From assembly GCF_036321535.1 (NCBI RefSeq), contig NC_087437.1:115136001-115200000 (forward strand): 64,000 nucleotides of DNA, given 5' to 3'. The notes under the pieces are model-generated. The model saw only the letters and a list, made by a program, of their open reading frames with translations, was not told the DNA's origin and made no database searches. Position numbers and translations under genes: made by a program. Below are positions 1 to 11,610 of this stretch, in pieces. The number at the start of each line of letters is the position of its first letter. Position 1 is the stretch's first letter. The DNA is from Camelus dromedarius (lineage: Eukaryota).

Positions 1-443
1 ACCTGTTCCTTAAGCCCTTCCCTGTGGCCTTGAGACCCCATCCAAGTCCTGGTGCACACCAGGCGCCTTCTGCAAAGGGACCACCCTCGGGGACAGATAT
101 CTAGGTCTTTATTTTGTGCATCATTTTTATTCATTCCTACCATTGCTTTTGATGTTTTTCAAAAAAAAAAGTGTCTCTACCATTGCTTCTCCTTTTGTCC
201 CTCACAATTTTATTTCAAGATCTGACATATTTTAGCTTACTTATAAATTACCTTAAATCATTTCCAGGACAGAGAAGAGCAGAAGAACGGGAAGGGGAGA
301 AAGGAAGAGAGGAAAAACACGAGTTCTCGAACTTTCAAACACAAGCACAATTTTCTTATACGTCCTTTGGCCTTCTAGGACTCAGTGCACACCATCACTG
401 CAAGATTCTCATGATTAATGAGTGTTGAAAATGTCCTAAAACA

Positions 444-2531
444 CAGCCATCTTCAAAGTAGGGCAAGACATCTTTCCAAGAGGGCATGTAAGCATGAACA
501 GTTTTAAGAGAAAAAAAATCCCCAGAGATGCAACTTTCCAAATGCATTCTTTCCTAAACCAAGTCTATTTCAGAATGGGCTTGGAGTCTGGGCACACACA
601 AACTGTATTTTTAAACCTCCCCTGAAACAACCATCTCCTTCCCAGATGACAAGGAAAGGAACACTTCTCACCCTCCCCAGGTCTACCTGGAGCACAGCCC
701 AGGATGTAAAAGCCTCCCACAGGGGTAGCAAATGGGCAATGCAAAACAGTGATGACAGTAAACAGAGCCTCCAATCAAACACCACAAACAAGAGATCATG
801 CCTCATCTTAAACACATTTTGCGAAGTGTAGCATTTAGAAATGAGATATTTTGATCCATGTGGCATCGTTCTTGACCAAGATGTATTCCAGGGTCTGACA
901 GAGGGAGTGCAGACAACTTTCACTGAACAATCTTACTCTTCCATGACCTAGCTGGTCTGCAAGAACACTTTACTCCTAAAGAAACGCCAAAGAGAACTGT
1001 TCAAGATGAGAATTCCTCATTTTATCCAGAGGACAAAACTGTATGCCTCATTTATTTATCCATCTTCAAATTAGAATGAAGTGAGATATGGTCACCGGGG
1101 CGTAAATACTAATATGTTTATCTGAATTGAAAAAGAATGGTGGACATTCTAAAAGAAAGTTTGGTTTGGCTCACTGGTTTGCCAAAGAAGATTGGCTTTG
1201 CCAATTAGGTTCTATGGCAGGTACTTTCCAAAAACTGGAAGAGCTAAATCTGCAGCTCAAGGTTTTTATGAAGGTACATTTAAAACATAGGATAAAAGAT
1301 AATCATTTTGTTTAAAAAGCATACTATGAAGATGTGTTATAATTAGTTGTTTCATTTTTAGCAACTGTTCTCAAATAGATTAAAATAGGTATCTCTACGT
1401 AAAGCATTAATAGGTATAATTATAACAACTTGATATGTTATAATAAAGTCTCAGGCACCATCAGATGTTAACATAGTGAATGATTGTGACTAGAAAAAAA
1501 ATCCTTTCATAAATCAGGTGGTTTCCATTTTTTGCATTCAACAAAACTGAAGGAGGACTTGAGTTATCAATTGACAGATAAGTTAAAATAATTATTGATG
1601 AGAGAGGAATGTAATTTTTAGCATATAACTTGAAAATATTTTTTTAAACTGGGTGACAATGCTATATAAGAAAAAAATAAATAAAACCCTTACACTCCCA
1701 TCTACTTTTTTTTATGTGAAAGTTTCTCACTGGTAACATACATTAAAAAGAACAGAATTAATGCTAAACTGTTTCATTCTGTCAATAAGTCTTGTTCATC
1801 CACAGATAAACGAACTGATTGAAACAAATTATCCCATCCATTCCACTCAGGGATGTATTTCCCATAAAAACTTAGTTATGCTTAATAAGCATTTGTCAAA
1901 ATGTATTTACAATTTATTTGTTTTTGATATATTGTATACCATTGACAATTACAAGGAGAACTCAATTCAGAAGAATTTTTTTTTTATTCTTAGAGCCTTA
2001 TGTTCACAGAAAATTACATGTTTTTGTTATCGAGAAATATCCTAGGGTGATCATTTAAAGACTTTAAAGCATAAAAAAGTATTATATGAGTATAAAATTC
2101 TTTGAAGGAACTGGAATGGAAATATGAGTTCAAGGAGACAAAATAACAACATTAAATTTTGACAATCAAATCAGAGCTTTTGGAGGGAGGGAAATAGCTC
2201 AGTGGTAGAGCACATGCTGAACATGCACGAGGTCCTGGGTTCAATCCCCAGTCCCTCCATTAAAAAAGAAGAAGAGTATCATATAATTTTTAGTGGATGA
2301 GGTAGGCCTAAGATAAGTATAGTAGATTCACTAGTTAAATTTTACAAAGAGATACTAGTCTTTTGAACATCAACATTTTATCATATGCTAAAATCATATA
2401 CTTTGCAATTATTTAAAATTTGACGAAAATTGTTAAATGTTAGCTTAAATATGTTGTAGGGGATTTACAGATTTCCAAAATTATTTTAGGGGTTCACAGT
2501 GAGAAAGTTGAAGGGAAAAAAAAAAACACTG
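444..2531 (+). mobile_element. hAT-Charlie (Buster-type) DNA transposon fossil with decayed transposase C-terminus
   Basis: ORF 1127-1315 contains DWLCQLGSMAGTFQKLEELNLQL, resembling the Charlie/ZBED5 motif WLxxLAYLADIFxxLNELNLxLQG. Bases 1540-1850 give frameshifted hAT dimerisation-domain-like text (PSTxxCE..FS, IK..R). Ends cagccatcttcaaagtaggg and gttgaag...cactg resemble Charlie TIRs. Confidence 0.75.
2185..2268 (+). mobile_element. tRNA-Ala-derived SINE (Vic-1-like), inserted in the Charlie fossil
   Basis: Box A tagctcagtgg and box B ggttcaatccc, followed by an A-rich tail. Confidence 0.85.
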
Positions 2532-2992
2532 CTATTAACAGCATCCCATTACTCTACCATGGAGACAAATGTTCAGTGGGTTCCCACCTGAGGCAGGCAT
2601 GTCCTGGGCATGGCGAGGGACACTTAGGAAGATGCTCTTGCCAAAAGATAATTTATAACACACAACAGTTGCAGGAAGCATCAAAAGAAGATGTAGATTC
2701 TATGGATCCTTAGAGCTCTGCAGAAGGAGTGACTTCTTGGGACTGCTCTGACAGTGCAATGTTTCACAACAGAAGTGGGACTTACGCGGGATCTTGGGGC
2801 CCAGGAGGGTGGGGGGTGGGAAGGGAGAATCAGACAAAGAGTACTCCCTTCCCACCACACGTGAAGAAGGTACCAGCTTTCCTCCTGTTTATGAGAGTAT
2901 GGCCAATAATCTAAGCAGTTCAAGGAGGGAACATAAACCTTAATAAGAAATACTGCATTGATGAAGTCAATGTCACAAGGTAGACCCCAGAG

Positions 2993-4183
2993 AAGAGGTC
3001 CTCTGTGGGTGCAGGACTGCCCCCTACCACCTAGGGGACATCTCAGAACTTTTTTTTGGTTGTCACAATGACTAGAATTTAGTGCTCAGAGGGCCCAGGG
3101 CCTCACTCTGTCCTGCAATGAGTAACCAGACTCTCTGACCCACTGAAACGATTTTTCATTCATGTAGATGTAAAACTTGTTCATAATTATCTGCCATGAG
3201 AATCTGATTTTATTTTTATACATAAAGAGAAGACTTTCTGTACAGTTTTATTATGCTTTTAATTTTCCAAGGGTGTTACCACCATATACATCAAGGGAAG
3301 ACAGGTAAAGTCCAAACAAAGTACAGAGTTCTTTCCAATTATGAAAAATCTTATCATCCAAGGCAACACCATTCATGGTGTCTGAACTGCCCAATACGAC
3401 ATAGCTTTCTGAGTCTGTCCAGCAGCCATCACATTCATGATTTTATGTTCAGGTACATACATCTAACTACTATGTATTCTTGAACAGTCAGATATGAACA
3501 CATATTAAGATCTGTATTATTTACATTAACTACATTCTCTTTATTTCTTCCATTTTATTATGCTTAGAATATTATATTGATTTTTAAACTATGTCTGTAG
3601 ATTGGTTATATAGTCTATGAATTTAACTTCAAGAGGTTAAAGATGGCATTACAAAATATTTGTTATTAAAAAAGCATGTACATGCTACAGCATGAACAAA
3701 ACTTTCATTATGCTAAATGGAAGAAGCCAGACGATAAAGGCTACACATTACACAATTCCATTTATATGAAATGTCCAGATTAGGCAAATCTAAAGAGTCA
3801 AAAAGAGGGTAGGAGAGTATGTATGTGTGGATGGGGAAGGCTATGTGGGAACTGTATTTTCTGCTCAATTCTGCTGTAAACCTGAAACTACTCTAAAAAA
3901 AAATAAAGTCTATTTTAAAAAAAGTAGATAGTGGTTGCCTAGAGCTGGAATGGGGGGGTCTAGGGGTGGGAAGTGACTACTAGTGGGTACAGGGTTTCTC
4001 TCTGGGGTTATGAAAACGTTCTAAATTTGATTGCAGCAATGGTGGCCCAAGTGTGAATATACTTAAAAACCACTGGATTAACTGTACACATTGAACGTTC
4101 AGTTGTATGGGATGTGAATTATATCTCAAAAAAATGTTTAAAAAAAAAAAGAAGTATGGGTCTAATATTGTTGGAAACCACTA
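2993..4183. mobile_element. MER20-like non-autonomous hAT element interrupted by L1
   Basis: ctaggggacat...tttttggttgtcacaat resembles the MER20 5' region. A terminal-like gttggaaaccact resumes after the L1 poly-A. Confidence 0.5.
3670..4150 (+). mobile_element. L1MB-like 3' end containing a second nested L1 3' tail (about 3806-3919)
   Basis: Typical L1M 3'UTR (gaagccaga...attccatttatatgaaatgtccaga...ggttgcc...gtgaattatatctcaa) with poly-A. It is split at aaaag by a segment ending aataaagtctattttaaaaaa. Confidence 0.8.
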
Positions 4184-4733
4184 CTCTATTTTGAGTTCCT
4201 CACACGGATGAAAAAGCAGGACATCCTGGTGGGACTCCTGCCGTGTTCAACAGTGCTGTGAGGTGACAGAGCGCTTCTGGTATTTACACTGTGGACATAC
4301 AAATGGCAATAATCGTGGGCGAGACTTTCTAAAATAGAACCTGTTTCAGATTACAAGAAAATACCATGGCTTCCATGGGTCAGAAAAACATAAATAACAT
4401 ACACCACACCAATAGCAGTCCTTTGAAACCCTCCAGACCCAATTAACACACTGAAAAAGCATTAAAACCAAACCCATTCTGGAAGTATATTATCAGGCAA
4501 TGTAATACAGTCCCCACAGCAACAAAAAGAAAAAATAGAAGGGAAAAAAAATACGCGAATGCCCAAATAGCACCCACCACCAATAATCACCTAGTTAAGA
4601 GAAAACCACATCTAGGGATCATGTTCCCTCACCTCTAGTTATGAGGTGGGCATGAGCCAGAGCATGAAATGGCTAATGTATTCTGAAATCAGAAAACCAG
4701 TGCAAAGGAACTGTGATTTACTAGGACGTGAAA

Positions 4734-4734
<1 letters not shown>

Positions 4735-4767
<33 letters not shown>
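4735..4767. repeat. (CA)n microsatellite, about 16 units
   Basis: Perfect CA run seen directly. Confidence 0.97.
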
Positions 4768-4770
<3 letters not shown>

Positions 4771-4830
4771 GTGCCCTTTTTCCTGGTAGTGTCATACTTT
4801 GATTACCTTAAATTTATTAATTTCTTAATA

Positions 4831-4977
4831 TAGGCTGTTTCCACTTTGCATGGCACCATGTTAACTGAAACTCCGGCATGTGGGAACTATGGCTTCACAA
4901 ACCGTGCCAAGTGAGGTCATTGTTCTGACACGCACACGTTCCAGCCACCGCGGTGCCATACAAAGCAAGGGAGCCTG
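4831..4977. mobile_element. TcMar-Tigger-type MITE with long imperfect TIRs
   Basis: Left arm taggctgtttccactttgcatggcaccatg aligns with the reverse complement of the right arm, caggctcccttgctttgtatggcaccgcg. TA flanks both sides (4829-4830, 4978-4979). Confidence 0.7.
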
Positions 4978-5739
4978 TACTGAAAATAGGCCAAATGATG
5001 TTTTTAAAAGTCTTCACACTAATCTGGGAATTCGTTTAAAACCTTGTCCAGGACGGCTTACATCTTGTTCCACACACCATTTCACACCCCAGGCACACAA
5101 GGTATGCCAGTTCCACGTTGGTGGCTTCAGGGACATTCCCAAACAGGACAAGGAACAATCCTCTAGCTACTTCCTCCTTCCCTTTAACCTTTCTTCCTGT
5201 CCCACCCCATCCCAAGGCTGGAGACTGGAAGGCAGAAGGCAGAGGTGGGGTGGGAGAAATACAGAGAACCCCCAGCCCCTTACTGTGCCTTCTCATCTCA
5301 CTAGCCCTGTTCCGCAGAAGCCTGCAATGAATGATTCACATGGTGTGCACTTGAATCTGTGTGTACGTGATGGAGGCTAGCCAGGTCATAAGTGAGACCA
5401 GCAGGTCCGGACGAGGCCTTGGTAAAGCAGTGAGCTGTAGCGCCAAGGCCCCAGCATCGGCCCTCCTTTGCTGGCCCACCCTGAACCTCCAGGGCCCTAC
5501 CCGGCTTCTCAGAGCTCCCACCCGACATCGGCATCTCAAGGGCCCACGTTCTGGTTGCTTCATACAAGATCTGCTAATCAAAGCAGAGTGGCCCTGTTTT
5601 TTTCCCAGAAGTCTGTTCTTAGCTGGTTGTCATTTATTTTGGGGAACTGCATTTTTTTGTTTTGTTTTTTAATTTACTATTTTATTTTAAACATTTTCAT
5701 TAAATATTTACAATAAAAGCTTCTATAAAAATCGCATTC

Positions 5740-6010
5740 GGTGGGGAGAGTATGGCTCAGCAGTAGAGTGCATGCTTAGCATGCATGAGGTCCTGGGTTC
5801 ATTACCCAGCACCTCAATCAAAAAAATAAAAAATTGAGGGGGTGGTAATTAGGTTTACTTATTTAGTTATTTTTAGAGGAGGTTCTGGGGATTGAACCCA
5901 GGACTTCTGCATGCTAAGCATGTACTCTACTACTTGAGCTATATCCTCCCTACCAAAAAAATTTTTTTAATAAAATACATAAACCTACTTACCCTCCCCC
6001 CCAAAAAAAC
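5740..6010 (+). mobile_element. tRNA-Ala-derived SINE split by an antisense copy of the same family
   Basis: Head at 5740-5820. The family tail (aataaaatacataaacctacttaccctccccc) resumes at about 5964. Degenerate flanking duplication aaaaatcgcattc / aaaaacctcattc. Confidence 0.85.
5836..5954 (-). mobile_element. tRNA-Ala-derived SINE nested inside the previous SINE
   Basis: Reverse complement reads ggtagggaggatatagctcaagtagtagagtacatgcttagcatgcagaagtcctgggttcaatcccc...taaacctaattacc. Confidence 0.9.
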
Positions 6011-6603
6011 CTCATTCATTGCCCTTAATCTTAAAAAATCTCATCTCATCAAAAGCATGATTAAATATCCACTTCCTGTCTTCTCCTTTTTCATATTTTT
6101 ATATTTAATTCTTTAATCTATCTGTAATTTATGATCCATCTCCAAAACACGGAAAATTCCAAAAGTAGCTACTGGCTAATAAGCATTACTTGAAATTACT
6201 TGAAAATTGGGACCCTCTTAATCATCAAGCCTCGTTTCTAAAAGGAACTATGACTGGCAAAAAAGAGTTTGGAAAGATCGATCTCTAATAAAAAACAGAG
6301 GATCGATGGGAAACAATCAAAACAGCCTAAATGCATCTTCTCAATGCCTCTCCTCATTCAGCAAACATTTACTGAGCCCTGCCTTGCCAGCGATCGGCAG
6401 TAAACAAGTTCCTGATCTTGTGAAGTTTGAGTGTCACAGGGAGAGGGAGTTGTAAACAAAATCTGGAGGCCAGAAAGAACGGACAGAGGGTGCCTGGGAC
6501 GCGGCAGCACCTGCTGTCACGATGGTAGGAACCATGGGGACACCTGAGCAGAGACGCGCAGGCAGACAAAGAGCAGGTCAGGCACGTGTGCGGGGGCAGC
6601 ACC

Positions 6604-6623
6604 CGCCCGCCGGGGGGCAGCAC
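6604..6623 (+). promoter_or_regulatory. CTCF-like motif within a CpG-rich patch (about 6490-6770)
   Basis: CCGCCGGGGGGCAGCA versus the core CCRSYAGRKGGCRS gives one clear mismatch. Motif match only. Confidence 0.45.
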
Positions 6624-7559
6624 ACGCACCACACACCAGATGTCTACGAACACCCACTTCCCGAGTGAGCCCGCCCAGGAGCCCTCCTCTCCGTCAGCCG
6701 TCAGCCCTGGCGGCTCAGGACGCCCGCAGCAGGCGGTGATCTGCGGGGACGACTGCCCGAGGGGTTTGTGGCTTGAACTTTACTGTCTCTTGTTCTCACA
6801 TTCTCCCTTATCTGACTTGGTTTTCCAAGGCATCTCAGAACATGCTCCTGAAACTCCCCGGCTTTTCCTGTTTCTGGGTCTGGCATTGCACCCTCGGCTC
6901 TCCGTGTACCCCACAGACACCCGCAGGGTATACTGAAGAAGGGAGACCAGGGTGACCGTTGCTGTCTTGTTCTTCTGTTTATGTGGACTAAAACTTTGCA
7001 GAAGCATAAATACTGGGGATTTTCATCTTGAAACTTGGTCTCAAAACCGCAGCTAGAATGGTGTTACCAAATGGTGTAATGACTTCCCTGCATAACGGCC
7101 ACACACTGTTCAAATTTTATTAACTGCCTTCAATATAGGCTATCTTGTGCTTAAAGAGCATCCAACTACAAACCCAACAGTACTCCTCAACCTTCTGAAT
7201 ATAGTCTTAGTTGAAGCTGTAAGGATCTTGAACAAGAAATATAAGTGGTCTCCAGGCTGGGCTTCATGAACCAACTTTCCCAGATGTGCTCCTGTGGAGA
7301 TGCTGGTGTTTCAGGTGACGGGAGATGGGGAAGATGGTCTAGAAATTCTCAGCCATGCCAAGGAGGCTAGTGGCTACCTGAGGACAAGACTGATCTTGGC
7401 CGCATCTTACAATTGTTCCTTGCAGGTCACACATTTATTTAACTAATATTTATCTGCAGTCCCCTCTATGGCAGGTTTCAGATTAGAACAGCAGGGCAAG
7501 AACGACTGGGTATCCTTGCATTCATGCACACACGTGCCTGTGTGTCACACCTGTAGGGG

Positions 7560-7790
7560 GAGGCATTAATTTTCATTGAACACCCACTCTGTCCCTGGTA
7601 TCAAATTTAGTGTTTGATTTCATCTTATTTTCTCTGAGTGGGCATTATTATTTTTGATTTTTCAGATGAGGAAGCTAAACAGAGAAGTCGTGTTAACTTC
7701 CTTAAGGTCACGCAGGTAGTAAGTGGTGGAGCAGGACTCAAGCCAGATTGATCAGACCCCAAAACCACACCCCTCCTGGAAGCCATGCTC
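7560..7790 (-). mobile_element. MIR SINE
   Basis: MIR core in antisense: cagatgaggaagcta...aaggtcacgcaggtagtaagtggtggagcagga. Confidence 0.8.
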
Positions 7791-8879
7791 CTTTCCTACA
7801 CTGGCCACCAGAGATTGAATTAATGAAGTGGGGAGGACCAGTCAGACCAATGGGCATGGAAAGCTGCTAATGTTTCATTGTTAACTAGACCCCAGGTCGA
7901 AGTTTTATTTTGAGGTATTCAAATTTTAATTTTAAGCTATTTTTAATTGAGAAAAATACACAAAAATTAACATGAATATTACAATGTAAGTCAAATATAC
8001 TAAGTCAGATTACAACTTCAGCTTTATTTTACAAGGAAAAGAGGCTGAAGGAACAGGCAATAAATAAAAAAGGAAAAACTATTTCTCTTACAAATTCACC
8101 TGATACGGGGATTACTGCATTTTTTAAGCCATGTCTATTTTAGACATGGCACATCTGGTATGATAGATGCTGTGTATGAATGGAAACAAATTTAGAGTAA
8201 TAAATGTTTCCCAGTGTTAAAATAAACACCTCAGCGGTTCAGATTTTGGCCAGGCAATTTCTCCACAGTAGGAGGCACTTATCTACTTTAACACTCTGCT
8301 ACTTAGAAATTATCACTCAATCAATTACCATCCACATGGGTTTATTTTTACAGAGAGCTTCAATAAAATGAGTGTGAAAATAAGTTAAACACATTCTATT
8401 CATTTTCTCAATTTTTCACCTCTCCCAATGGTGGATATGTTGACAGAAAAATTACTTCACTTTATTTCAACAGACATTTATGGAATGCTGACCAGGTTCT
8501 GGGCTAAGGGCTCAGAGACAGGATATGACAAAGCGGAATGAAATGTGGTCTCCCGTTGAAAAGGAGCACATATAACCTACCTTATAACACGGCTGTGTCT
8601 CTACAGCCCAAACAAAGGCAAATACAGGGAAATCCAGGCCCCAACAATCTCAGCAGCTCCCCAGCTCTGCCCCCAACCCAAAACCCTCTGCACTCTTTGC
8701 CCAGACAATTTACCTGCGTGTGGTTAGAGCTGTTATTCTTTGTGGGTTGTCAAGCTACTCTCAGCTGTTTCCAGATGTGGAAATACCCTTTCATCAAGAG
8801 ATGTTTATTACATTTCATTTTTAAAGAGCACCTACCTGTTTCATCACTTCTGACATACATTTCTGAATTTCTGTACCAC

Positions 8880-9635
8880 CTTTTTTTAAATAATATTGAG
8901 ATATAATTCAAGTACTATAAGTACTTGAGATATAATTCAAGATATATTGAGATATAATTCAAGTACTGTAAGTTTACCCCTTAAAGTGCAAAATTCAGTG
9001 GTCTTAGTATATTCAGAGTTGTACAACCATCACCACTACCTAATTCCAGAACATTTCCATCAACCCAAAAAGAAACGTTTTACCCGTGAGTAATCACTCC
9101 TCAGTTCCCCACCCCATGCCCTGGCAACCACTTATTTACTTTGAATCTCTGTGGATGTGCCTGTTCTGGGCATTTCATAAAAATGAAATGATACAATATG
9201 TGGTCTTTTGTGTCTAGCTCCTTGCACTAAGCATAATCGTTTCATGGTTCATGAAGTTGTGTCCTGTATTAGTACTTCATTCTTTTTATGGCTTAATAAT
9301 ATTCCATTGTACAAATAGACCAAATTTTTATTTATCCATTCATCCAATGAAGCACACTTGCGATGCTTGGCTATTGTGAATAGTGATGTGTGTGCAGGAG
9401 TTTTTGTGTGGACATGTTTCATTTTTCTAGGTGTAGACTTGCTGGAACATATGGTAACTCCATGTCTAAACTTCTGAAGCTGCCAGATTGTTTTCAAAGT
9501 AGCTGCACCATTCTGCATTCCCACCAGCAAGGTACAAGGGTTCTAATTTCTCCATAGCCTCACCAACACCTTTCATCATCCATCTCTTTGGTTTTAGCTG
9601 TCCTAGTGGGGCTGAGGTGGATCTCCCTGTGGGTA
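8880..9635 (-). mobile_element. L1M (MB-like) 3' fragment
   Basis: Antisense L1 3'UTR and ORF2 end. ORF 9249-9530 (LVGMQNGAATLK...DEWINK) resembles L1 ORF2p C-terminal text. Confidence 0.88.
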
Positions 9636-10894
9636 CCACTCTCTCTAAAAACAGTCAGTATCATCATGTCCTGCGGCAGTGGGAAAGGGAAGGTCTGTCT
9701 TGCTGGAGGGTGTGACAGCTCACAAGCTCGTGCCCTGCCTCCTGTTTCTGATCAATGACTTTTCTACCAAAACAATGCTGTCTCTGCTATCATGAAGCAA
9801 TAAAGATGTGCGTTTGTACAGTCAGGTGCTTAAAATAATCTGAATATTGGTTTGTGATCTCATGAGGTAAAGGCTAAATCTCTTCTCCACCGTGCCTTCT
9901 ACGTGATACTTAAGCTAAGCATGGACAGCTTGTCAGGTATTGTTCTGGAATGTCACACAGCTCATTTAACCCACACGACAACTGTAATTTAGGTATGCTT
10001 TCTCCAGTTTACAGCCTAGGAAACTGAAGCTCGAAGAAGTTAGATACCCTACCCTCCTGCCTCGATCACCTAAGGAGTGAAGTCAGTCCATCAGAGCTGG
10101 GCAGGCCAACCCACAGACTCAAGGAATGAATGAGCCACTGACACCTACTGCTAATTTCAGGGGGCAGATGCAATTGTGCTGTGAAAGAGCTGAAAACTGG
10201 GCTTCCAGGAGCGAAAATGCAAGATGCAAAGAGTAGGGTAACTCTTCAACCCTTCCTCAGCATCCAAAAAGCTCTTCTTGTTTGGTATTTGCTTCAAGAA
10301 ACTACAGGATGGAGGCTGGAAAGGGGGTGAGAATATAGATAAAATAAGATTAGCCACAGCCTGGTCATTACTGATGGTAAGCAATAAATCCCTGGGCATT
10401 CCCTATAATATTCTGTCTACTTCTATATAGATTTGAAATTTTCTATGCTAAAAAGTAAATTATAGTCTCAAAATATCTCCCTCAAAATATTTACTAACTA
10501 CAAAGGGAAAAAAGTAAGTTTACAGTAGAGAATCCTGGCAGACACCACCCTAGCCTAGTAGTCAAGGTTAACATCACAGACGCCTGTGATGGTGCACCAA
10601 AGAGCCCAGCACCCCAGTGGTATTCGTCCCCAAGATGCATAAGCTCAATCTAATCATGAGAAAACATCAGGCAGACCCAAAATGAGGGACAGTCTACAAA
10701 ATACCTTACCAGTACTCTTCAAAAGTGTCAAGATCATGAAAGACAAGGCTAGACAGAGGAACTGTCACACCTGGAAGACACCAAGGAAACATGACAACTG
10801 AAAGGCGATATCCTGGACCGGATCTCTAATAGAAAGGGGACATTCATGGAAAGACTGATAAAACCAAGTAAGTTCTGCATCTCTGGCTAACAGT

Positions 10895-11610
10895 TGTGAA
10901 GAAGAGAGTAAATACAGCAGCCCTTATGCTTATCCTTAGACAAGCTTGCAGGTGGTCCTTTACTGGCTTCTGGGAACTTGGGTATGAGGAATGCTCTTGT
11001 CACTTCCTGACAGATAAGGGTGGCTTACTGTGCCTACACTGTTGGTTCAAATAATACGGTTTATGCCAAATATCTTTCTGGGAGGTCTAAAATTTTGATA
11101 CGAGCTAGGCAGAGGATGCCTACCTAAATCAGCCCCTAATAAAAACCCTAGGAACTAGGTGGGGAGGATATAGCTCAGTGGTAGAATGCACGCTTAGCAT
11201 ACACAAGGTCCTGGGTTCAATCCCCAGCACCTCCTCTAAAAATAAAACAAATACGTAAACCTAATTAACGCCCCCCCCCCCAAAAAAAAAAACCTAAACA
11301 AACAAACAAACGAACAAAACCCCTGGGCACTGAGTCTCTAGTGAGTTTCCTGGGTAGGCAGCATTTTGTACCTGTTGCCGCTGCTCCTTGCTGGGGGAAC
11401 TGTGTGTCCTGTGTGAATTCCTGGGGAGAAGACTCTCGGAAGCTTTCACCTGGTATCCTCCAGGCCTCACCCATGTGTCTTCTCCCCCTACTCTTTTTGC
11501 TTTGTATCCTTTCACTGTCATAAATCACAGCCATGAGGATAACTACATGTCCTGTGGGTCCTCTTAGTAAATCAGTGAATCTGGCAGTGGTCTTGGAAAC
11601 TCCCAATACA
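10895..11610 (+). mobile_element. Solo ERVL LTR, MER68-like
   Basis: TG...CA termini (tgtgaagaagagagtaaatacagcag...actcccaataca). Internal text resembles recalled MER68/MER21-group LTRs. Confidence 0.7.
11159..11318 (+). mobile_element. tRNA-Ala-derived SINE inserted in the LTR
   Basis: ggtggggaggatatagctcagtggtagaatgcacgcttagcatacacaaggtcctgggttcaatcccc with an (AAAC)n tail. Degenerate TSD aaaaccctaggaact / aaaacccctgggcact. Confidence 0.9.

Noticed and set aside
1127..1315. Domesticated ZBED5/SCAND3-like gene
   Set aside because: Only a short motif is in frame, and the surrounding transposase text is full of stops and frameshifts. It is a fossil transposon.
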